A stretch of DNA of 64,000 nt from Acidimicrobiales bacterium (GTDB lineage Bacteria > Actinomycetota > Acidimicrobiia > Acidimicrobiales > Acidimicrobilacustridaceae): assembly GCA_037620085.1 (NCBI GenBank), contig JASJMB010000042.1:20851-84850 (forward strand), read 5' to 3'. Each line of letters starts with the position of its first letter. The first letter of the stretch is position 1. The notes below the pieces were generated by a model. The model searched no databases, was not told the origin of the DNA, and saw nothing but the letters and a program-made list of their open reading frames with translations. Below, piece by piece: positions 14,102-24,315 of the stretch. The translations under genes and the position numbers were made by a program.

Positions 14102-14212
14102 GCCCGAGGGCTGCCTAGTCCCTTGGTCCATGGGTGGCCACCGGCCCATTCTGTGATCGGAAATTGCTCCGAGTTGCCGTTTAGGTCTCCGGGCGGCAAG
14201 ACTTACTTCCCT

Positions 14213-14254
14213 GTGAGCACGACGGTCCTTACCTCGCTCGTAGTACTCCGCTAG
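14213..14254 (+). CDS. ilvB leader peptide MSTTVLTSLVVLR
   Basis: GTG AGC ACG ACG GTC CTT ACC TCG CTC GTA GTA CTC CGC TAG; Val/Leu-rich; precedes hairpin, terminator and ilvB. Confidence 0.8.
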   Translation: MSTTVLTSLVVLR

Positions 14255-14318
14255 CACACGCCGGCTTCGACCGTCGCGTGTGCGCCCCCGGCCTCCCACT
14301 CGGGAGGCCGTTTACGTT
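14254..14318 (+). promoter_or_regulatory. ilvB transcription attenuator (hairpin plus terminator)
   Basis: GCACACGC 14254-61 pairs with GCGTGTGC 14276-83; CGGCCTCCC-actc-GGGAGGCCG 14289-14310 followed by TTTACGTT. Confidence 0.8.
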
Positions 14319-14374
14319 CCGCCCGTTCGATCCGGCCCGATCCCGCTGATGCTTCGGCATCTGGGAGGACATCC

Positions 14375-16105
14375 ATGAAAACCAACGGTGGTGCCGCACT
14401 CATTAAGGCTCTCGAACTCGAGGGTGTCGATGTGATCTTTGGTCTGCCCGGGGGAGCGATCCTTCCGGTCTACGACCCGATCATCGACTCGCCGATTCGT
14501 CACATCCTTGTTCGTCATGAACAGGGTGCAGGACATATGGCCGAGGGCTATGCGCATGCAACCGGTCGTCCTGGTGTCGCAATGGTTACGAGTGGTCCTG
14601 CGGCCACGAACATCATCACGCCCCTCGCCGATGCGTACATGGACTCTGTGCCCATGGTTGTCATCACCGGTCAGGTCGGCACTGCCGGTATCGGCACTGA
14701 TGCATTCCAAGAAGTCGACACTGTCGGCATTACGCGTTCGGTCACGAAGCACAACGAGCTCGTGACGAATGCGGCGGATATTCCGCGCATCGTGCGCGAG
14801 GCATTTCACATCGCAACTACCGGTCGTCCGGGGCCTGTGCTCATCGACATTCCGAAAGATCTCGTCGACCCCACCAACCCGAATTCGGCGCTCGACTGGT
14901 ATTGGCCTGATTCGGTTGATCTTGCGGGTTACAACCCACGACTCGAGGGCGACCCGGCCCTTATCGAAGATGCTGCTCGACTGATCAATGCTTCGCAGCG
15001 TCCAGTCCTTTACGCCGGCGGTGGCATTCTCAAGGCGCGAGCGGCGGAGTCGCTTCTTGCGCTTGCTGAGCTTCTTGATATCCCCGTTGTCACCACGCTT
15101 ATGGCTCGCGGTGCGGTTCCCGATGACCACCCGTTGTGTCTCGGCATGCCGGGTATGCACGGCAACTACACGGCAGTGACGGCGATGCAGGAATCAGATC
15201 TCCTCATTGCACTTGGGTCACGTTTCGATGATCGCGTTACCGGCAAGATCGATGCGTTCGCTGCGCACGCCAAGATCATTCACGTCGATATCGACCCTGC
15301 CGAACTGGGCAAGGTTCGTCGTCCAGACGTTGGCATCACTGGAGATTGCCGTCTTGTCATCGACGAATTGATCACCGCACTGAAGCAACTCGGCGCTCCG
15401 GAAAATCAGCCCGACCGTTCTTCATGGAAGTCAACAATTAGTGGCTGGCAAGAGAAGTACCCGCTTTCCTACGTTCAGTCCGAGCCTGGCGATCTTCTCA
15501 AGCCACAGTTCGTGCTTGAACAACTTCGCGACAACACGCCTGACGACTGCATCGTTGCTTCGGGTGTTGGTCAGCATCAGATGTGGACCGCTCAGTACTG
15601 GAAGTTCCAACATCCCTACACCTGGATCAACTCTGGTGGTCTCGGAACAATGGGCTTTGCCGTGCCGGCGGCAATTGGCGCCAAGGTCGGTCGTCCTGAC
15701 CGCATGGTCTGGGCCGTCGACGGCGATGGCTGTTTCCAGATGACCGCTCAGGAACTTGTTACCGCAGCGGCCGAGCGCATTCCCGTGAAGATCGCCATTT
15801 TGAACAATGCCTATTTGGGCATGGTTCGTCAGTGGCAGGAAATGTTCTACGAGGAGCGATACAGCGAGGTCTATCTCTCGCCCGATCTTCCCGATTACAA
15901 GATGTGGGCCGAAGCAATGGGCTGTGTTGGCATGCGTGTCGAATCACCTGAAGATGTACTTCCGGCGATTCAGCGTGCGAACGAAGTCGATGATCGCCCT
16001 GTGGTCATCGACTTCCGCACCGACGCGAGCGAAAAAGTTTTCCCGATGGTTCCTGCGGGCAAGTCCAACTCGGACATCGTTGTCGGTCCGGAGGGTCTTC
16101 GATGA
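14375..16105 (+). CDS. ilvB: Acetolactate synthase large subunit
   Basis: FGLPGGAILP, RHEQGAGH, TSGPAATN, GVGQHQMW, GDGCFQMT TPP motif. Confidence 0.97.
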   Translation: MKTNGGAALIKALELEGVDVIFGLPGGAILPVYDPIIDSPIRHILVRHEQGAGHMAEGYAHATGRPGVAMVTSGPAATNIITPLADAYMDSVPMVVITGQVGTAGIGTDAFQEVDTVGITRSVTKHNELVTNAADIPRIVREAFHIATTGRPGPVLIDIPKDLVDPTNPNSALDWYWPDSVDLAGYNPRLEGDPALIEDAARLINASQRPVLYAGGGILKARAAESLLALAELLDIPVVTTLMARGAVPDDHPLCLGMPGMHGNYTAVTAMQESDLLIALGSRFDDRVTGKIDAFAAHAKIIHVDIDPAELGKVRRPDVGITGDCRLVIDELITALKQLGAPENQPDRSSWKSTISGWQEKYPLSYVQSEPGDLLKPQFVLEQLRDNTPDDCIVASGVGQHQMWTAQYWKFQHPYTWINSGGLGTMGFAVPAAIGAKVGRPDRMVWAVDGDGCFQMTAQELVTAAAERIPVKIAILNNAYLGMVRQWQEMFYEERYSEVYLSPDLPDYKMWAEAMGCVGMRVESPEDVLPAIQRANEVDDRPVVIDFRTDASEKVFPMVPAGKSNSDIVVGPEGLR

Positions 16106-16593
16106 GCCCGGCAACGCGCCATCACATCCTGTCGGTTCTCGTGGAAAATAAGCCTGGTGTGCTTGCCCGAGTTTCGGGTTTGTTCGCTCGCCGTGGTTTC
16201 AACATTTTCTCTTTGGCAGTCGCGCCCACTGATGATGCGACACGCAGCCGCATCACGATCGTGGTCGATGTTGAATCGGCTCCTCTCGAACAGATCACGA
16301 AGCAGCTCGACAAGCTCATCAACGTTTTGCAGATCGACGAACTTGCTCCGGCTGATGCGGTTGAACGAGAGCTCATGATCGTGACGGTCACTGTTACGCC
16401 TGCGTCCAAGCCCGCATTGCTCTCGCTCACCGAGGAATACAGCGGGGCAGTACTTGACGAGGCCGGTGACCGAATCACCGTTTCTCTCGGAGGCACGCCA
16501 GAAGCGCTCGATGCCTTCACCTCTCAGATGGGGACTGCTGTCGTGGCCTACCAACGCACGGGCCGTATCGCCTTACCTCGCATCACGCCGTAA
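16102..16593 (+). CDS. ilvN: Acetolactate synthase regulatory subunit
   Basis: SVLVENKPGVLARVSGLFARRGFNI, QLDKLINV, RTGRIAL. Confidence 0.95.
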   Translation: MSPATRHHILSVLVENKPGVLARVSGLFARRGFNIFSLAVAPTDDATRSRITIVVDVESAPLEQITKQLDKLINVLQIDELAPADAVERELMIVTVTVTPASKPALLSLTEEYSGAVLDEAGDRITVSLGGTPEALDAFTSQMGTAVVAYQRTGRIALPRITP

Positions 16594-16605
16594 TCCCTGA
16601 TCTGA

Positions 16606-17733
<1,128 letters not shown>

Positions 17734-17882
17734 TTCACCTTTGGGTAAAGGAATTCGCCGGCTTTGGTCGGCGGCGACGGATTGTTATTGAGGCGCCCGA
17801 GTGGCGCTGAAGACAGCGGGTGGAGTGCGCGAGGGGCCTTCGGGCCCCTCCGTCGCGTCTGGAGGGCAATGCTGCGACAACG

Positions 17883-18275
17883 TCAGATCCAGACGATGTC
17901 GAAGCCGAGCCCTTCAACGAAGCCACCGTCTTGGGTGATGACGGGAATGTTGTGGGCCATCGCGGTTGCAGCGATCCAGGAATCGTTCACGCTCATCTTT
18001 ATCTTTGTCTCCCGGAGAGTGATGCGAAGTTGGGCCCACGCTTCAGCGACGTTTTCGTCGATAGGAAGCGGATTGAGTTCAGACGCGTCGAGGAACGTTG
18101 AGAGACGAGCCGAGCGAGTATGTGCATCGCGAGCTGTGAGGATTCCGAGTCGCAATTCGCCCATGGTGATGATGCTGACGGAACTATTGGTCGGGGACCG
18201 GTCGGTATCGAGTGGTCGCCCTGTCTCGAGTGCAATGAAAATCGATGTATCGAGTAGGCCCTGATCTACATGCAT
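17883..18275 (-). CDS. vapC: PIN-domain toxin (VapC family)
   Basis: LLDTSIFI, ITMGEL, NDSWIAATA, VITQD acidic PIN residues; starts just after the antitoxin stop. Confidence 0.92.
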   Translation of the reverse strand: MHVDQGLLDTSIFIALETGRPLDTDRSPTNSSVSIITMGELRLGILTARDAHTRSARLSTFLDASELNPLPIDENVAEAWAQLRITLRETKIKMSVNDSWIAATAMAHNIPVITQDGGFVEGLGFDIVWI

Positions 18276-18276
18276 T

Positions 18277-18540
18277 TCAGTCGAACTCGTTGTTGTCGAT
18301 GTATTCGTCGAACTCGCGAAGCTCATCGAGAAGGCCTGGGTCAGCTTGGCGAAGGTTCTTCAGGAACTTCTCGGTGTTGACCCAACGCGGCTTGGCGCTG
18401 ATGGGTTCGATGCGGGCGACGGGACGCCCGTCGAGGGTGACGATGACGGTGTCGCCTTCGAGTACGCGATCAAGGACCGACCGGGTTTCGTTGCGAAGTT
18501 CACGGGCGCCGACGGTGGGCGGGTCAGAGGTGAGGGCCAT
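18277..18540 (-). CDS. Phd/YefM-family antitoxin
   Basis: VGARELRNETRSVLDRV, VIVTLDGRPVARI; directly upstream of the PIN toxin. Confidence 0.92.
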   Translation of the reverse strand: MALTSDPPTVGARELRNETRSVLDRVLEGDTVIVTLDGRPVARIEPISAKPRWVNTEKFLKNLRQADPGLLDELREFDEYIDNNEFD

Positions 18541-18548
18541 TGCGATGT

Positions 18549-18566
18549 TGTAGCACATGTGCGACA
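18549..18566. promoter_or_regulatory. Putative TA autorepression operator overlapping the -10 element
   Basis: TGTAGCACATGTGCGACA, an 18-bp palindrome with one mismatched pair, 8 nt from the antitoxin ATG. Confidence 0.7.
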
Positions 18567-18709
18567 TCGTGCGATAGTGGTCGACCGACGATCTTTTCGC
18601 CTGCGAACTCTGCCTCGTTCTAATTGTTGAGTTGATTGGTCGGGATTAGGCCCCTAGAGTCTCGCTCCTGTCCGGCCGGCCCGAGCCGGTTGATCGATGA
18701 GGAGTGACC

Positions 18710-20020
18710 ATGAGCGACAACTGGGGTTTCGATACCCGTCAGATCCACGCAGGCCAGGAACCCGACCCCACCACCGGTGCGCGCGCGGTTCCGATCTACC
18801 AAACGACCTCGTATCAGTTCCGAGACACGACCCACGCTGCGAATCTGTTCGCGCTGGCCGAGATCGGCAATATCTACACCCGCATCATGAACCCGACGCA
18901 GGGTGTTTTCGAAGCTCGTATCGCGTCGCTTGAAGGTGCAACGGCAACCGCTGTCGGTCTTCCAGGCGCACTTGCGGTCGCATCAGGTCAGGCTGCCGAA
19001 GCGCTTGCTATTCAGAACCTCGCCGAAGCGGGAAGCCACATCGTTGCCTCAGCAGCGCTGTACGGCGGCACCTACAACCTTCTGCACTACACGCTTCCGA
19101 AGTTCGGCATCGATGCAACGTTCGTCGAAGATCCCGACAATCTCGACGAATGGCGCAATGCGATCCGTCCGAACACCAAGGCGTTTTATGGCGAGACCAT
19201 TGGTAACCCGCGTAACGACGTGCTTGACATTGAAGGTATTTCGAAAGTTGCGCACGAGGCCGGCATTCCGCTCATCGTTGACAACACCGTCGCGTCGCCA
19301 TGGCTCATTCGTCCGTTTGAGTGGGGCGCAGACATCGTCGTGCATTCGGCGACCAAGTTCATCGGTGGCCATGGCACCTCAATCGGCGGCCTCGTCGTCG
19401 ATGGCGGTTCGTTTGATTTCTCGGCGAACGACAAGTTCCCGATGTTCACCGATCCCGACCCGAGTTACCACGGCCTTCAGTACTGGCCCGCCCTCGGTGC
19501 TGGTTCCTACATCATCAAGGCTCGCGTGCAGTTGCTTCGCGATCTTGGCCAAGCCACTACACCTTTCAACTCGTTCCTGTTCCTTCAGGGGCTCGAGACG
19601 CTCAGCCTTCGTATGGAGCGTCACAACGAGAACGCCGCAACGGTCGCGGCGTATCTCGCCGGACACTCGCAGGTTGAAGAAGTGCAGCACGCCAGCCTGA
19701 CCTCTTCGCCGTGGCATGAGCGCGCGAAGAAGTACACCGCTGGCAAGGGCTTCGGTTCCGTGCCCGCATTCATTATCAATGGCGGCAAGGAAGCCGGACA
19801 GAAGTTTGTCGAGGCGCTTGAACTGCACAGTCACGTTGCCAACATCGGTGACGTGCGCAGCCTTGCCATCCAGCCGGCAACCACGACGCATTCACAGCTC
19901 ACCGAAGCCGAGCAGATCACCGCTGGTGTGCAGCCGGGTCTCGTGCGTCTTTCGGTTGGCCTTGAGTCAATCGATGACATTATCGCCGACCTCGACAAGG
20001 GCTTCGCTGCTGCGAAGTGA
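18710..20020 (+). CDS. metY: O-acetylhomoserine sulfhydrylase
   Basis: ARAVPIYQTTSY, YTRIMNPT, ASGQAA, HSATKFIGGHG (PLP Lys), ANIGDVRSL. Confidence 0.95.
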   Translation: MSDNWGFDTRQIHAGQEPDPTTGARAVPIYQTTSYQFRDTTHAANLFALAEIGNIYTRIMNPTQGVFEARIASLEGATATAVGLPGALAVASGQAAEALAIQNLAEAGSHIVASAALYGGTYNLLHYTLPKFGIDATFVEDPDNLDEWRNAIRPNTKAFYGETIGNPRNDVLDIEGISKVAHEAGIPLIVDNTVASPWLIRPFEWGADIVVHSATKFIGGHGTSIGGLVVDGGSFDFSANDKFPMFTDPDPSYHGLQYWPALGAGSYIIKARVQLLRDLGQATTPFNSFLFLQGLETLSLRMERHNENAATVAAYLAGHSQVEEVQHASLTSSPWHERAKKYTAGKGFGSVPAFIINGGKEAGQKFVEALELHSHVANIGDVRSLAIQPATTTHSQLTEAEQITAGVQPGLVRLSVGLESIDDIIADLDKGFAAAK

Positions 20021-20044
20021 GTGTTTGGCTGTCTTAATTTGTTT

Positions 20045-20081
20045 GAGGAGGCCCGGTCGCTGACCGGGCCTCCTCGCGTTT
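20045..20081 (+). terminator. Intrinsic terminator after metY
   Basis: GAGGAGGCCCGGTC-gct-GACCGGGCCTCCTC perfect 14-bp stem. Confidence 0.75.
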
Positions 20082-20117
20082 CTGAACGGCTACGTTCGGG
20101 GGAAACAAGGGGGAGTT

Positions 20118-20888
20118 ATGCAAGCAACATTTGATTTCAGCGGCAAGGTCGTCATTGTCACCGGTTCGACCAAAGGACTGGGCCGGGCGATGGTCGACGG
20201 TTTTGCTGATGCTGGCGCAAAGGTCGTGGTGAGTAGCCGCAAGCAAGACCTTTGTGATCAGGTCGCGGCAGAACTAACCGAACGCACTGGTGCCGAAGTA
20301 TTTCCATTGGCATGTCATGTCGGTGAGTGGGATTCGATCCCAGTTTTTGTCGACAAGGTCATGGAACGATTTGGTCGCATCGATGTTCTTGTGAATAACG
20401 CCGGCATCAATCCCACGAGCGATTCGTTGATCGACACCAATATCGATCTGTGGCGCAAGGTGTTTGCCGTAAACCTCGAGGGGCCATTGCGTATGGCGAC
20501 ATGCGTTGCTCCGCACATGCGTGATGCCGGTGGCGGTTCGATTGTGAATATTGCGACGGTTGGCGCGTACAGCGGTGGCCCGGGCGTTGGTGCTTACGGT
20601 GCGTCGAAAGCGGGTCTCATAAATTTGGGACGCACCCTGTCGAAAGAACTCGCACCATGGAATATTCGCGTGAATACGATTTGTCCTGGTCCAGTGAAGA
20701 GCGAACTGACTGATGGCGCTGAGCGTATGGCGCCTGGGTTTTACGACCGCGCTGCTTCCGCGACTTCGTTGAAGCGTGTGGCCGAAACAGCCGAGATCAT
20801 CGGCCCGGTGATGTATCTGGCCAGCGATCTGTCCTCGTTCGTCACGGGCGACGACATTGTCGTCGCAGGCGGAATGGCTCGTGGCTGA
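20118..20888 (+). CDS. Classical SDR oxidoreductase (DHRS4-like)
   Basis: TGSTKGLG, NNAG, YGASK, VNTICPG. Confidence 0.93.
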   Translation: MQATFDFSGKVVIVTGSTKGLGRAMVDGFADAGAKVVVSSRKQDLCDQVAAELTERTGAEVFPLACHVGEWDSIPVFVDKVMERFGRIDVLVNNAGINPTSDSLIDTNIDLWRKVFAVNLEGPLRMATCVAPHMRDAGGGSIVNIATVGAYSGGPGVGAYGASKAGLINLGRTLSKELAPWNIRVNTICPGPVKSELTDGAERMAPGFYDRAASATSLKRVAETAEIIGPVMYLASDLSSFVTGDDIVVAGGMARG

Positions 20889-21837
20889 GGACATTGTCTT
20901 CAGCGGTGAGGTTGCCGTCATCACCGGCGCTGGTGGTGGGTTAGGGCGTGCGTACGCGCACATGCTCGGCGAGAGGGGCTGCCGCATTGTCGTGAACGAT
21001 GTTGGGCGCCCGCATGGCGAGAATATTCCCGTCGCTCAATCGGTGGTGGATGAGCTTCATGCCAAGGGAATCGAAGCGGTCGCCGATAATCACAATGCGA
21101 TTTCCGAAGGTGGCGCCATCATCCAGACTGCTCTCGATGCATTCGGTGGCATTGACATCGTGATCAATAACGCGGGTATTGGCGCTGGCTCGCCCATTGG
21201 TCCGAACTCGGCAGACGAGTGGCACGAAACAATCGATGCAACCTTGCAAACCTCGATCGCCGCTACCGGTGCTGCATGGCCTCACCTGATCGAACGGGGT
21301 GGTGGTCGAATCGTGATGACTGGTTCGCCGGCGATGTTTGGTGCATCGACCACGATTCCCTATTCAGCGACGAAATCATCGATGTATGGCTTCACTCGCT
21401 CTGTTGCCGCTGCAGGTCGTCGACATGGCATTTTGGCCAACAACATCATGCCGTCGGCCTACACCCGCCTGACTCGTTCGTTGCCTCCGGGCCCCATGGC
21501 GTCGCTCTTTGCCGATCACTATCCGCCAGAAGATGTTGCTTCTTTTGTGGTGTGGCTGTGCCATCGATCTTGCCTGGTATCGGGCGAATCGTTTTCCGTG
21601 GGCGGTGGCCGAGCGGCGCGGGTTGCGTTGGCCGAGAACCACGGCGTAATGGTCAATGATCAGGCTCCCGAATCTTGGGCAGCGCAAGTCGAAGACCTGA
21701 TGTCGCTCGAAGAAGTTGTCTTCCCGCTTTCGATGAACGACGAAGTCACATGGCAAGCGCACACGCTTGGGAAGTCGGTGCCCGAGGAACTCGCGCCGGG
21801 CGGTTCGCTCGATTGGAATCGCAAACCTCGGCCGTAG
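20881..21837 (+). CDS. SDR, hydroxyacyl-CoA dehydrogenase (MFE-2)-like
   Basis: TGAGGGLG, VVNDVG, NNAG, YSATK, YTRLT. Confidence 0.88.
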   Translation: MAEDIVFSGEVAVITGAGGGLGRAYAHMLGERGCRIVVNDVGRPHGENIPVAQSVVDELHAKGIEAVADNHNAISEGGAIIQTALDAFGGIDIVINNAGIGAGSPIGPNSADEWHETIDATLQTSIAATGAAWPHLIERGGGRIVMTGSPAMFGASTTIPYSATKSSMYGFTRSVAAAGRRHGILANNIMPSAYTRLTRSLPPGPMASLFADHYPPEDVASFVVWLCHRSCLVSGESFSVGGGRAARVALAENHGVMVNDQAPESWAAQVEDLMSLEEVVFPLSMNDEVTWQAHTLGKSVPEELAPGGSLDWNRKPRP

Positions 21838-21849
21838 CCGAGCGAATTG

Positions 21850-22974
21850 TTAGAGGTTCTCGACCACGTAATCGACGCACTTGGTAAGTGCTTCGACGTC
21901 TTCGGGATCGATGGCCGGGAACATCGCCACGCGGATCTGATTGCGACCAAGTTTGCGGTAGCTGTCGGTATCGACAATGCCATTTGCGCGGAGCACCTTG
22001 TTGACCTCGTCGGCCGAAACCGAATCGTCGAAGTCAATGGTGGCAACAACGTGGCTGCGTTCGTCGGGATTGGTGACGAACGGCGAGGCATACGAGGATG
22101 ATTCGGCCCATGAGTACATGATCTCGGCAGAGCGGTCGCATCGTGATGCAGCAAAGTGCAAGCCACCGTTGTCGTTTACCCATTCGACCTGCTGTACGGC
22201 GAGGAACACCGTGGCGAGAGCGGGCGTGTTGTAGGTCTGGTCTTTGCGTGAGTTCTCGAGCGCAGTGGTGAGGCTTAGCGATTCGGGAATCCAGCGGCCC
22301 GATGCGCCGATGCGTTCGATGCGCTCAACGGCTGCAGGGGAGACGGCTGCGAGCCAGAGGCCACCATCGGAGGCGAGACACTTCTGCGGTGCGAAGTAAT
22401 AGACATCGGTTTGTGATGCATCGAAGCGAAGACCACCAGCAGCAGACGTTGCATCGACGAGCACGATTGCTTTGCCTTCGGAGCCAGCAGGGCGAACAAG
22501 CGGCATCGAAACACCCGTTGAGGTTTCGTTATGCGTAAACGCGTAGGTGTCGATTGCGTCGTCGACGATCGGCTGCGGATGCGTGCCGACTTCACTCTTG
22601 ATGATGACGGGATCGTCGAGGAACGGCGCTGCAGCTGCGGCTTGTCCAAACTTCGAGGAGAACTCACCAAAGTTGAGATGCTGGCTGCGGCGATCGATCA
22701 GACCAAACGTGGCGATGTCCCAGAACACGGTGGAGCCACCGTTGCCGAGCATGATCTCGTAACCATCGGGAAGGGCGAACATCTCGGCCAGGCCGTTGCG
22801 CAGGCGGCTCACCATGTACTTCACGGTGTCCTGTCGGTGGCTGGTGCCGAGGTAGTCGCGACCGGCCTCAGCCAGTGCTGCAACGGCCTCGGGGCGGACC
22901 TTCGAGGGGCCGCAGCCAAAGCGGCCGTCGGCGGGAAGGAGATCGGTGGGGATGGTCATGGGGGATGCGCTCAC
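21850..22974 (-). CDS. serC: Phosphoserine aminotransferase (actinobacterial type)
   Basis: DGRFGCGPSKVR, GTSHRQ, HNETSTGV, YFAPQK, QTYNTPA, YRKLGRNQ; start is GTG 22974 or ATG 22959. Confidence 0.95.
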   Translation of the reverse strand: MSASPMTIPTDLLPADGRFGCGPSKVRPEAVAALAEAGRDYLGTSHRQDTVKYMVSRLRNGLAEMFALPDGYEIMLGNGGSTVFWDIATFGLIDRRSQHLNFGEFSSKFGQAAAAAPFLDDPVIIKSEVGTHPQPIVDDAIDTYAFTHNETSTGVSMPLVRPAGSEGKAIVLVDATSAAGGLRFDASQTDVYYFAPQKCLASDGGLWLAAVSPAAVERIERIGASGRWIPESLSLTTALENSRKDQTYNTPALATVFLAVQQVEWVNDNGGLHFAASRCDRSAEIMYSWAESSSYASPFVTNPDERSHVVATIDFDDSVSADEVNKVLRANGIVDTDSYRKLGRNQIRVAMFPAIDPEDVEALTKCVDYVVENL

Positions 22975-23102
22975 CACTCCATCGTCGCATCTCGGGCCGG
23001 TGGTTGCGTTACGTCGTGAGTCACACCGAATTCGATGCGGGGGAGGGTCGCTGAACCGGTAGCGTGCGGGCGCCCACTTCAGTCGATCCAAGGACTTCCC
23101 CA

Positions 23103-24308
23103 ATGGCCCCAGAGCGCCTCTCTCGCCGTGTCTCCGCCATCACCGAATCTGCGACCCTTGCGGTCGATGCCCGGGCCAAAGCGCTGAAGGCCGCCGGCGA
23201 GCCCGTCATCGGGTTCGGTGCAGGTGAGCCTGACTTCCCGACACCGGCCCATGTGGTCGAGGCGGCCGTTGGAGCTGCTCGCGACGTCAAGAACCATCGC
23301 TACACCCCTGCTGCTGGTCTACCGGAGTTGAAGGAAGCGATTGCGGCCAAGACGCTTCGTGATTCCGAGGTTGTGGTCTCGCCCAGTCAGGTGCTCGTCA
23401 CCAACGGCGGAAAGCACGCGGTCTACAACACCTTCGAAGCACTCTTGAATCCTGGCGATGAAGTTCTGCTTCCGGCGCCGTACTGGACCACCTACCCCGA
23501 GCCCATCGCGTTGGCCGGTGGCGTTTCTGTTGTACTTCCCACCGATGTTGAATCAGGTTTCCGCGTCACCGTTGAACAACTTGAAGCGGCTCGCACCGAC
23601 AAGACCAAAGCACTCGTGTTCGTTTCGCCTTCGAACCCAACTGGTGCGGTGTACCCGCCCGAGGAAGTTCGTGCCCTCGGCGAGTGGGCCCTCAAGCACG
23701 GCATTTGGGTCATCACCGATGAGATTTACGAACACCTCACCTTCGACGACAACGTGTTCACGTCGATCCTCGCTGAGGTTCCCGGTCTTGCCGATACCTG
23801 CGTGATTATCAACGGCGTTGCCAAGACCTACGCCATGACCGGTTGGCGCGTCGGCTGGATGATCGGTCCTGCCGATCTCATCAAAGCCGCCACAAACCTT
23901 CAGTCGCATTCCACGTCGAACGTCGCCAACGTTTCGCAGCGTGCCGCTATCGCTGCACTCGGAGGCGGTCTCGAATGCGTCGAAGAAATGCGCGAAGCAT
24001 TTGCTCGTCGTGCGATTCTCATCCATGGGCTACTCAATGACATTCCCGGGGTCACCTGCATGGTTCCCCAAGGTGCGTTCTATGCGTTCCCGTCGATGGA
24101 AGGTTTGTTCGGTCGCAACTTCGGCGGCGTAACGCCCACGACAACCTCGGAACTGTGCGAGGTCATTCTCGACCAAGCCAAGGTTGCGCTTGTTCCCGGT
24201 GAAGCATTTGATGCACCGGGGTATGTACGTATTTCCTTTGCTGTCAGTGATGCCGACATAGTCGAAGGCATCGGCCGCATCGCGGAACTTGTCGTAAAGA
24301 GCGGCTGA
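23103..24308 (+). CDS. Class I PLP aminotransferase (aspartate aminotransferase-like)
   Basis: [34 protein letters not shown]. Confidence 0.93.
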   Translation: MAPERLSRRVSAITESATLAVDARAKALKAAGEPVIGFGAGEPDFPTPAHVVEAAVGAARDVKNHRYTPAAGLPELKEAIAAKTLRDSEVVVSPSQVLVTNGGKHAVYNTFEALLNPGDEVLLPAPYWTTYPEPIALAGGVSVVLPTDVESGFRVTVEQLEAARTDKTKALVFVSPSNPTGAVYPPEEVRALGEWALKHGIWVITDEIYEHLTFDDNVFTSILAEVPGLADTCVIINGVAKTYAMTGWRVGWMIGPADLIKAATNLQSHSTSNVANVSQRAAIAALGGGLECVEEMREAFARRAILIHGLLNDIPGVTCMVPQGAFYAFPSMEGLFGRNFGGVTPTTTSELCEVILDQAKVALVPGEAFDAPGYVRISFAVSDADIVEGIGRIAELVVKSG

Positions 24309-24315
24309 TCAACTG

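Noticed and set aside
17790-17880. Possible hammerhead ribozyme (CTGAAGA after a hairpin)
   Set aside because: No NUH cleavage triplet before stem I and no correctly placed GAAA (GACA with an extra base)
18600-18709. SAM riboswitch upstream of metY
   Set aside because: No recognisable SAM-I or SAM-IV conserved core in the short 5' region
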